A stretch of 64,000 nt of DNA from assembly GCA_002633005.1 (NCBI GenBank), contig NMRA01000559.1, forward strand, positions 186,001-250,000. The letters run 5' to 3'. The stretch is from Phoronis australis. Lineage: Eukaryota; Animalia; Phoronida. Shown in pieces: positions 53,601 to 64,000 of the stretch (within the stretch, counting starts at the first letter, position 1; each line of letters begins with the position of its first letter). The notes beneath the pieces were generated by a model. That model saw nothing but the letters and a program-made list of their open reading frames with translations. It did no database searches and was not told where the DNA came from. The translations under genes were made by a program, and so were the position numbers.

Positions 53601-54020
53601 TCAGTACCTCGAAATGTCAGTTTATGTAATGGGTAATGATGTGATGCCTATTAGAAGCAATAATTTGTGGGCAATTACCATTCAAAATTGCCTGTTGCTC
53701 CAGAATTAAAGAAAGAACTTTTATGCTACTGTCTTTAGCAACTGGCAGTTGGATGCCTTGATTTCTTCCTAATTAGCGTTAAGGTTATGTTGAACCCTAG
53801 GAAAATCTCCATATTTGGTCAACTTCAGGATACCATATCTGGCTGTGGCTGATCGGATTAATAGCATAATGGGCTCTATGGACTGTTCTCTACAATGCCG
53901 TTAAGAGTTTTTAATATGATTCTTTTTTGCATGAGGAATTACCAACAAGTTGCACTTTTGTGATTTTTATGAAATGTTTGAAGTTGCATAATACAAATCA
54001 AGCAAGAAATCTGTCACAGC

Positions 54021-54560
54021 GTTTTTATGCGCCCACATATTTATATGTGGACACATTATGCCGTCATCTCCGTCCTTCCGGGCGGCGTCCGTCCGGCGTC
54101 CGCTGCTTTATCTCCAAAACCCTTTGACATACGTTCATGAAATTTGGCACATATGTTTCATTCGTGAATGGGACGGCATGTGCGAACTTTGGACAGATCC
54201 GACTACCGGTGTGCCCCCTAGTGGCAATTTTAGTTTTTTACGCTTACCTTTGTATCTTCAAAAGTCCTTAACGGATTTTCATGAAATTTGGTATGTAGGC
54301 ACCTATTAGTGAGATGACGCTACCCTGCCATTTTCAGATGGATTCAACATAGTTTGCGCCACCTAGTGGCCATTTTTAGTGTTTTCGAGTCTGTTTTTGT
54401 GCGTCCACCCCTCTATCAACCAAACCGCTCAAAGGATGATTGTGAAAATTGGCATGTATATGCTTACTATGTAGAGGACGGTTGACGATTTTCCGACGAT
54501 TTCGACCACTGTGGCGCCTCCTAGTGGCAGTTTTGTTTTTTTTGCGCCTATGGCTGTATC
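54021..54560 (+). mobile_element. Helentron/DINE-1-like (HINE) repeat, 5' part
   Basis: T-run start, palindrome CCACATAT-TT-ATATGTGG, (CGTC)n-like microsatellite, then about 150-bp core units with GCCCCCTAGTGGC and ATGAAATTTGG. Confidence 0.65.
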
Positions 54561-55389
54561 TCCTAATTTAATAAGTGTTTTTGTATTATGTTAACAACAG
54601 ACGATGACGACTTTTGTACNNNNNNNNNNNNNNNNNNNNNNNNNNNNNNNNNNNNNNNNNNNNNNNNNNNNNNNNNNNNNNNNNNNNNNNNNNNNNNNNN
54701 NNNNNNNNNNNNNNNNNNNNNNNNNNNNNNNNNNNNNNNNNNNNNNNNNNNNNNNNNNNNNNNNNNNNNNNNNNNNNNNNNNNNNNNNNNNNNNNNNNNN
54801 NNNNNNNNNNNNNNNNNNNNNNNNNNNNNNNNNNNNNNNNNNNNNNNNNNNNNNNNNNNNNNNNNNNNNNNNNNNNNNNNNNNNNNNNNNNNNNNNNNNN
54901 NNNNNNNNNNNNNNNNNNNNNNNNNNNNNNNNNNNNNNNNNNNNNNNNNNNNNNNNNNNNNNNNNNNNNNNNNNNNNNNNNNNNNNNNNNNNNNNNNNNN
55001 NNNNNNNNNNNNNNNNTCACTCACATTTTGCCCCTAGCCTATTGAGGAGACAATGACCATGCCTTTCCATTTTGCAAAGTACAACATACTACATATATGC
55101 CCTCTACTGGCCACTTTATGGTACCAATAAACAGCCCTAGAAGGATACCGTATGCGGTGCAATTGTGGGCGCATTTCAACGCTCTGCGTTGCTCTTGTTG
55201 AGTTCTCATGTTGAACAGTTATATCAAGTGAAATTTCATCAAGAAATTGTTACTGTCGTGTTGTTGTTGAATACCTGTTGCTTTTGCTCAGTTTTACTAA
55301 AAAGATATGGTCATGTGACCCAATTAACGGTTATACCTGTCAATATTGCCATTGAGGTGTATTTGTTTGCTCCTAACTATGCTAATGTA

Positions 55390-55710
55390 TAGCAGGAACT
55401 AAACGACAATGTTATTTCAATATCATCTACGCTAAACAAAATGCAATTGCATTCAGTGATAACTTGTTACTATTAAAACAAAAATTTCTGCAAATAGGTG
55501 ACCTTTGCTCTAATGACGTACCTTGGGGGCTGACATAACACGCATCATGCAGTGTTATTCCCCAACACCGTGTCACGATACTTACTGGACACGGTTCAGT
55601 GACTTGCTGGGGATCAACCTACCTCATATTCAAACCATGGCTGTATGTTGTTTTTTTGTAACTAATTTAACCTAGCAGTCACAGAGATAAGGAATCAGCG
55701 TGCAAGTTCC
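55390..55710 (+). repeat. Interspersed repeat, copy 2
   Basis: Homologous by eye to 14270-14630. Confidence 0.75.
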
Positions 55711-56536
55711 AACATTTTTGAGATCTCATCTTGAACATTTATATCAACCAAAATTTCTAGCATAATATTGATACTTTTGTTTTGATATCAATTAAACTTG
55801 TTCAGTTTTACTAAAAAGACACAGTTGCATGACCCAATTGATGGTAGGTTGGTAAAAAGTCAATAATGAAATTCTACAAGCTTCCTTCTTTCAAGACAAT
55901 GCTTACTTTTACTGAATTAAAATTAGGCAGTCTTGTCAACAAGTTTCTCCTGAACCTTACAGGTTTGCAAGCCATGCGTGTTCAATTACTTCCCATTGCC
56001 TCAACTAGGAATAATCAAATATTATAATGGGCTTGAATGACACAAAGTGATGAGAAAGAAATTCCCTGTTGGTTACTATGGAAACAGCGTTGGGGCTTTT
56101 AGTAACCAAGTTGACGTGACATGTCTAAAACTAAATCTAAACTAAAACTGAATCTTTGAAGTTTTGCTAATTGATGGTTATTTTATCACTTGGAAATATT
56201 AGCTCTGCCAGAAAACTCATGAGTGAGGTTTAATTGTGTAGCACCAAGACCCAGGATTCTAATCTTAGTACTCAAAATCCATTTTATTTTAAAATTTGTG
56301 TAAACTCGATAATAACTGTCCATTATTCTGTGCTCGAGTACATTATGGTTTATATGGATAGCCATCTAATCCTAGTTTGCTCTTGATGACCCGAGGTTTG
56401 AAGCGACCATTCTGAACTCAAAATCTCACGTTTTTACTCGAGTTTGTTGTGCAAATCTCAGTGTCATCAAGTACAAACTTGTACAAAAAATACAGGCTGT
56501 CTGATTCTTGAATTGCATGGGATGTACGCACACCTG

Positions 56537-56895
56537 GGCCCAGTTGCATAAAAGTTATACGCCGTATAGCAACAATGACGTCGCATTGCAGTGGTGGATC
56601 TAGAATAAGGGGGGCCCAACATGTTGCCTCGGGGAATTGGGCAAAGCGTGATTGTATGTGCACAGGCGGCCCGAAAGTTGTGAGGGCTGAGTGTGTGGCG
56701 CAAATTCTGTCAGTGGACTAAAAAAACAGGAATACAATTCCGTGGCCCCTCATCCGTTAACGGTCCTAGTTACTGAACTTTTCATTTTCCTCTCTGCCCT
56801 CCCCCCCCTAAATCTGCCTATGCACGCGTCACGTTTATAGTGCAACAATCAAACTTATCCAGTGGATATCTTTTGAAGCTTTATGCAACTCAGCC
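56537..56895. mobile_element. PIF/Harbinger-like MITE containing a second small element (56589-56822)
   Basis: GGCCCAGTTGCATAAAAG...CTTTTATGCAACTCAGCC with CTG on both flanks. Inner element CAGTGGTGGATCTAG...CTAAATCTGCCTATG. Confidence 0.65.
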
Positions 56896-59800
56896 CTGAT
56901 GCACATAAACACCTGATTATTTGAAACTCATGAGATCCTTGCTATGTTACTGTTTATATACTGTAGTGATTAGGCTCTTCCATAGATAGGTTGTAGAAGT
57001 TTGTAGCCATGTTATAGGGCCACATTCGTGTAACGGGGCTCAATGTAAACTGCCGGTAGTTTTGTTGGATTATTTATTCGCAGAGTTGAGTCTAAGTCAG
57101 TGTGAATTAGATACTCTTTGGCTGTCTTTCGATTAAAGATATTCAGTGAACTAATATGGCAAACAGCAGCTCCAATATACAACCTTCCCCATATACTGCA
57201 GAAACTATAATGAAATCAAAAACAGGTCTGACTCAATGCCTCTATTTAGCAGTACACAGAACCGGTTTGAACCAGTTACTAACGCATCTTCTCTGAGATT
57301 AACACCCAAAACATTACCCTAACTTTCCAGCAGTGACCAATGGTCTAACAGTAACAGTCTCGCACACTCAAGCTTCACAACTGCGGTTCAATTCCCAAAA
57401 ACTCTGAATTTTTGCAAACATTAATTTCTAAAACCTATAAAATATACTACTATCACATTCGTCTGCTATTGGTGCTTCGCATTTGAACCAAGGTGCTGCC
57501 CACAAATGGTATCTACAACCACCGCTGCTTCCGCTTGTCTGATCATTTCACTTAACCTTCTACCCAGAAGTATTATTGATTCCCCTGAACAAGTCTGGTC
57601 GTGTCACTTTCACTCCTTTTCATGGCAGTAGGGTCCAGTGATTCCCCAGAGCAAGTCTCGTCATTTCGTGTTCAATTCTGGCTAAACAGGGTGGGTTCTA
57701 GTAATTCCCTAGAACAAGTGTCCACAGCCAGTGTATAGAATCCCTGAAATGAGGGTAAAAGATGACGAATGTCCAGGCAAATGCCCATAGCCTAGAAGGT
57801 CACATTCCTTTATCATTGATGTTTGGTATTTGGTCCAAGTTGCTGTCCACAGATGGCGTCCACAACCACAGCTGCTGCCAGTTGTCTGGTCATGTCATCA
57901 TGTAATCTACCCAGAAGGATTGGTGGTTCCCCAAAACAAGCCTGGTCATATCACTTTCATTTCTGTCCCAATACTGGCAGGATCCAGTGATTTCCACAGC
58001 CGAAATTGCTTCTTCTTACTGTGTATTAGTTTCTCTTTGAGGTGACACTAGGGGTCTGTAGCCAGGTAAGTTACAGTCATCGGTTCTTGACGCTTGCAAT
58101 TTGGTCCAAGTTAATACATACGGAAAGTTTCCTCAGCCACGACTACTTTCGCTTTAACGTCCGGTGATCTCATTTCGGTGTCTACCTCTCAAAGTAGAGT
58201 GATACCCTAGAACAAGTGCCTGCAGCATAACTTGTTTTCTCTCACCAAATTATATGGGGCAGGCAAGAAGAGTTAAAACGTCAAGGTCTAAAAGAGCTTC
58301 TATCACCGAGTTTCAGCATCTCAGCTGTTTTAAGAGACGAGTCCCATCTCGTATACTTCAGCCTGGGCTCCAGCAGGTGTGTTGCCACGTAGAGGCCCTG
58401 TGCGCGTCTTGTTGTGGGAGAAACTATGTACTGATGGACAAGGCCGGTCAGCGGTCAGCAGCTAAAAGGGAAACACTTAGCAAAGCTTAGATACAACTAC
58501 TGCTGCTTACCGCACTTGACACTACACCATAACCTGTGGTCAAACCATCAACACACCAAATGTGGACTAGACACTTTGTGGTAACCACAGAGAATATGCA
58601 GTTATCTTGAGCTCACATCAAAGTGGAGTGGAACATTGTCAAAAATGGAATTTTGACAATTATTTTTGTTAACTTTAAGGGTTGTGAGATTTTATTGTAT
58701 AGGACAATATATTGAATAAGAATAACTCAAAAAATAGATGATAAATTTAAACGCCTGTTGCTTGCAGTAAAGCCAATGCGTCCATGGGAGTATGTGTCAT
58801 CTTACCGCTAGCAGTTTTCAAAGTGTGGAAGTCTGTAATTGTTTTGTACGATTACGTCTGCTTAGTAATTCGTGGAAGGTTGTGAAGTTTGGGCTTTCGT
58901 TCGTATATCGCTCACTCGTTCGGTCAGTCAGGTATCATTTTTTACCCAAAAGAGAGATTTTGAAAAGATTTCCAAGAAATGTCCAAGAATGGACAAAGGA
59001 ATGATTAATTATTAATATGTTATGCAATTGTCGTTTGTAATGCAAAACAATCAACAAATATTTAGTTATAACACCGCGATCACAAGGTAATGTCAGCACT
59101 CTTGACGTTTACGCACTCAAGTCTGCGCACATGACTTGACATTTCATTGATTTGAAAGAATACTTTAGCCTTTCAAAACACCTCTTTTGTGGTGGAGAGA
59201 ACTGAGATATGTTCATGCAGGTTTGCATTCACCGGGTGGTTTACATGTTACAGTAATGGTTATTTAAAAACAAATGTGACGTCATAAACTCATATTTCAG
59301 ATTCAATAGTTCTCTATATTGAGCACTCTTACCTTCATGTTGACCGCTGCTATGGTAACGGGATTGTTTTGAAAATTATTTAGTGAAGTAAAGGAGAACT
59401 TATAGTGGTTTCATCCCAATATCTTTTTGTCGCCGTAAGCCACTATTTTGCCACTGCGCCACCACATCAGCGAACTTGAAAGCCTCTGAAGCGTTTTATG
59501 TTATGTGGATTCTAACTTCATAATTTGTCCAAATCATATGATAATTGTAAATAATTTAGCGGGATTTCCGGATGAAAACGATGAAGTATCCATTTGCACA
59601 TTTTAATTGTCATCAATTTGAGTTTGTTAGGCCATAAATGCTTTTGTACGGTGTGTTATAGTTTTGAGACATCCTGTGTTTCAAATTGAACTCTTGTCAT
59701 CTGAGGTGTCACCAAACTGCTAAAACAGCTTATAAGTGACTCTTTCCTCTTACAATGAATGTTTCAAGTCAGTGGTTGAATATGGGAACTGCTGACGGTA

Positions 59801-60483
59801 ATGCAAGTTTCTGAAGGGGCCCTGCCTCTTTCTGGACTCGAAGTCACTTTAGAAAGATTAACATTTCTAAAAAAGCTCCCAAGGGGCTCTTTCGGAAATC
59901 CCTGGTTCTGTTGGTACTGATTGTGACAGGAAATCCATGTCTCTCTCCATTTCATTTACGGCTACAAAAAATAAATTGATTGTCCACAGTCAAACAATCA
60001 GCATTTTGGCACATAATATTGTTGAGTCAACTTCTTCTTATACTTTTCAAAAATCCTCCCATCAATAATTCCTTAGAATACAACATGGCAGACAACTGAG
60101 CACTTATTTTGTGAAATTTCTCCTCAGAGATGAATATAGAGAGTGGGAGATTATGTCACGTAGAACAGTATAACTTCATTACCGGGTGGACAGCAAAGGC
60201 ACAAGTTGCTAATAGCGGACTATCACAAAGTAAAAATGCACATTTATGTAAATAGTAAGTAATAACAATAAAAGTAGTATATTATATATAACTGTTTGGG
60301 TGTTTATTGGTATTCAGGTGACTTATTTGTTTTTGTATTGTATTCTTCGATGCATCAATATACATAAAAGTTTATTATAGGAAACAATAGAATACAATGC
60401 AATACAGAACAATGAAAGTGTGTGTATAAACAAATTCTTTTTCTTCCATAAAAATTAATCCAAAACATTGCGAAAGTTAGAAG

Positions 60484-60730
60484 TGTATAGTCACGGCTAA
60501 ATACCAACATAGCGGCGAGGCTTGTGATGTACAAATTCCATGCTCAATGATTTTTTCAGGACTGTCGGATCTTATTGATAAATTGAAGACGTTACTGTAG
60601 AATTTTAGAACTGTAGGTAAGGCACTTTTCGCATGTGCAAGTTCATAGACTGGGCGCTTATTTTAGCGAACTCTGAAAATGCGTGGGGGCTCTTATAGGG
60701 GGATGGACGCTTATTAGGGCGGATACAGTA
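60484..60730 (+). mobile_element. 3' part of the same transposon family (end of the HIRAN-like ORF plus right TIR)
   Basis: CIVTAKYQHSGEACDVQIPCSMIFSGLSDLIDKLKTLL*, then CGCTTATTAGGGCGGATACAGTA, the inverted counterpart of the 62196 TIR. Confidence 0.6.
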
Positions 60731-60854
60731 TGCCTTTTTGAAGCTGAAATTCTTGTGAGGCAGACACTTTTTAAAATAAATCGCAAAAATGGTGGGTGCT
60801 ATTAGCCAGGCTTGTGCATTGGCCGGGATGGGTGCAGTACTGGGTTTTGTTAAC

Positions 60855-61135
60855 GGCATCGTGCCCTGTAATCAAATAGTTCTGTTCTCCAAAGTAAGAT
60901 GGACACTGCAATTAAGATTTATTTCGTTACTGGCATCGTGCCTCGCAATCAAATAATTCTGTTCGGCAAAGTAAGATGGACAGTGCAGTAGATTTAATTT
61001 CTTAATGGCATCATGCCCCATTGTCAAATAATTCTGTTCACCAAAGTAAGATGGACAGCGCAATAGGTTTCGTTAAATTCATTGTGCCTCATAATAAATA
61101 ATTCGGTTCAGCTAATTTAAGTTGGACAGCACAAT
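60855..61135. repeat. About 76-bp tandem repeat, roughly 3.5 copies
   Basis: GGCATCGTGCC...TCAAATAATTCTGTTC..CAAAGTAAGATGGACA repeated. Confidence 0.85.
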
Positions 61136-61850
61136 GCCTTGATAATGTGAAACGGACATGATCCTCTTCTTGGCTAACTACTCCTGTCCATTAACTAGCA
61201 GCTGATTAACACCTGTACCTATCCTTGATGATGCACTTTGCCACTCTAGGGCTGTTGCAAATCTCATCCAATTAAATAAATGCACTCTCGAAATACCCCT
61301 GGAAATATATTCTAACTAGCGTTGATTTGCAGCATTGTAATCTGAGTGTGCTAATAGATAGGTGGCAAAACTGGCCAAAAGATGAGACTAGAACATTTTT
61401 GTAAGAAATGCAATATTATTTACGCCTTCTCCTAAGCTTACTACATTTTGCAGATTGTATCCAGAACGCATTCCGAGTAGGAAGAATACATTCCAGGCTT
61501 GGCTTTTCAAAACTCATAGGGGGTAATAAAATAATTATCTTCTCAGCCAGCTGTGTTTATTTACACAGACTAACTGGGACATTTGCATGATGAAGAGCCA
61601 GGGTTCACAGAGAGTTACTTTCACTGACCTTGCCTGTCAATTTCAAAAGGCATATTGTGTTTGAAGGACACTTCTGATTTATAATCACTTCAAAATTCTA
61701 AGCCACCATGCGGACTAGTATTTCTCCAAGCCCAAACTGAACTTGCATTCACTTTCAGTGTTATGTGAACAATATCAAGTTGCAATTTGTCAGTTTCTCT
61801 AAATTCAATGATTTTTGCTTTTAATTGCAAGTTCCCTTTCTTCTTTTCAG

Positions 61851-61957
61851 CACAGACAGTTCAATGGACGAGATTACATAATGGAGCGTGCCATCACCGG
61901 TGATTTTGCACTCATTAAAGGTTGGAAGGCAGATAAAGCTGGAAATGTTATTTTTAG
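61851..61957 (+). CDS. OXCT1: OXCT1 exon 6 (gene continues beyond the window)
   Basis: [35 protein letters not shown](R) directly continues exon 5 in SCOT proteins. Strong polypyrimidine tract plus CAG, GTACTG donor. Confidence 0.95.
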
Positions 61958-62195
61958 GTACTGTCATTTTAAAAACTGATGCTCATTCCCATTGTGTGCA
62001 TGTAAGACATCTTTATACAAAAGTTTATTTGCTGATTTGGTCTACGTTTAAAAATTAAAGATGCATTTCTGTGCTCATTTACCTGTCATTGTTGAATTCT
62101 TAACCGAAGCGCTTTGGGATTAAAAACATTACCACGCTTATCCGGTCATGAATTGTAGCCGAATGAGCTGACAACTCAAGTCACAGTAATGTGTA

Positions 62196-63415
62196 TACCG
62201 TATTTGCCCAAATAAGCGCACAGGGCGCTTGGAAAAATTCGCTTAAGGAAGGGGGGCACTTATTATAGCCTAGAGTGGTTGAAACCTGGTCTCCGTAACA
62301 GGTGAAATCGTAAGCTAAAATATTTCAAATTTATGCTTTGTGACACATCTGTAACCTATGACAGTTTCTACAAAATTGCTGTGCATTGCTATCAAACTTT
62401 TGTTGTTCAATTACGAGCATTTTTCAGAAAATCCCAGTTCGAAAACTCACCGACTGATAGAGATGCGTCGCTGCTTCGCGATTGCCGATAGGTCAACTTG
62501 AATTCTTGAGTAAAAATATAGTTTCGACTCAACAAATTACCTAAAGTCCTCCTTAAGTTTTCAAAATAGCTTCCCTAAGATTTTTAAGTTCCTGAATATT
62601 AAGTCCAAATCTGCGCTAGATCATACTCCGCAACATGAGAAAAATCTCTGGACGAACACACGTGTTGTTCATCTACGTATTGTGTGAGAAAGCAAGTGCG
62701 TTCGTGTTGTCAGAGTTCATTTGCCACAGTAAACGCGATGTAACGATCTAGGTGTGCATTGTAACTAAGGAAATTAACACAAGCAGTAAAGCAGAACGTG
62801 GTTTATTTAGCACTTGTTGATCTCATCTGCTAAAAAGCATTCGAGAATTGTCTCAGTAAGGCCGATGAGTTGCCGGGTGACTGGATGCGCGACAGTCTAA
62901 CAGTTATTTTTCGGGATATTGGGGGATGGGTGTAAGGGTGCGGAAGTGTTCACTCTCAGTGGGTCATTTTAACTTTGAAAACACCAATTTCGACTAATTT
63001 AATAATTCCCCCTTAAAAACACCACAAACATTTTTTACGGTATTAGAAACTTTCAGAAATAAGTGCCAGTATTTATTTCTTGCCGATGCTATACTACCTG
63101 TTTCATGAATAGATAGTTCCCGAAGACTGATCTTCGGTGACAGGAACTTCCTGGCCACGTGCTTTTAACTGAACAAAGGTCAAGCTTTTATTATTCTTCA
63201 GTTCGTGGTTTTCACGTGTACAAAGAAATTTGGATTCCTGTTGAGGGAGAAGATCTGTACGGGAAAGATACAATACAATCCCTTTGACAAGTACACTGCA
63301 TCTGTTCTGAAAGGCCAGACAATAATAGGGAATGTCCCCTGCAAGATCAGCAAAACTTGTGTTCTTTTTGAAGCACAGTGGAAGATTGAAATGTATAGTC
63401 ACGGCTAAATACCAA
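62196..63415 (+). mobile_element. 5' part of a TA-flanked DNA transposon carrying a frameshifted HIRAN-like ORF (63183-63415)
   Basis: Left TIR TACCGTATTTGCCCAAATAAGCGC. The ORF reads SSVRGFHVYKEIWIPVEGE / NPFDKYTASVLKGQTIIGNVPCKISKTC / FLKHSGRLKCIVTAKYQ across frameshifts. Confidence 0.6.
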
Positions 63416-64000
63416 ATTTGTTAAATTGTCTTTTTCAATTATTAGACAAAAAATATTTTAAAACGTGACAAAAATTTACAATCGATATCTCTGTTGTCTA
63501 AAAATAAAAGTTTCATGATTGAAAACATAAACGGGGAGGAGTGTATTGATGTAGTGAACTGTAGTCTATGAGCTGGGAAAATATTGTTGTGTTAGGAGCA
63601 TGACGCAGTAATTTTTTATTCTGTTGGTCACACGAATTTCAGCTATTCAAGTCTCACGGAGCTAATTAATGTGTTCATCTTGTGCCATGGACCAGGTGGC
63701 CAGGCTCCGGTAGTAGCTTATACGAATGCTTCCTTTTACTTCATATTCCATAATACTTACACTATTTGGCAGCATTCCAAGTTTTCTTGCTGAAGTTATT
63801 TCACCACCTATTGGTATTCTATAAGAAACACGCCGTCGTTCATTGTTGGTCGTCAGTCGCCTAACAAAGTCACCGTAGACCACAAGTATGTTAGTTTTCT
63901 CCTGTTTAAATTTATTTTCAATGTTCTTGCAAGTTGCCAATTGTCACTGTATAGCAAGTTTAATTTATTATTTTGATATTGCACGTTCGTTGTTATGTTT

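Overview
Eukaryotic, intron-rich, AT-rich genomic DNA, probably from an invertebrate animal, with scaffold gaps at 16555, 19166-19272, 31769-32704 and 54620-55017. Two spliced genes sit head to head. PIGB (GPI mannosyltransferase III, minus strand) has 7 coding exons at 4801-11479 and a clear U12-type AT-AC intron. OXCT1/SCOT (succinyl-CoA:3-ketoacid CoA transferase, plus strand) has its first 6 coding exons at 13107-61957 and continues past the window. The 38.5 kb fifth OXCT1 intron holds an intronless same-strand Qa-SNARE syntaxin gene (36669-37508). Its ORF ends in a basic/Cys-rich tail with no membrane anchor, yet a 23-codon transmembrane-like segment follows in frame right after the TAA. 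That suggests either a readthrough-controlled anchor switch or a recently lost anchor. OXCT1 intron 1 contains a Penelope-like retroelement remnant with a hammerhead ribozyme motif inside a 585-bp inverted repeat, part of which is probably an assembly fold-back. The remainder is MITEs, Helentron-like repeats, LINE fragments, minisatellites and a permuted HIRAN-like transposon remnant around OXCT1 exon 6. Exon boundaries were read by hand, and family assignments come from remembered motifs, not database searches.
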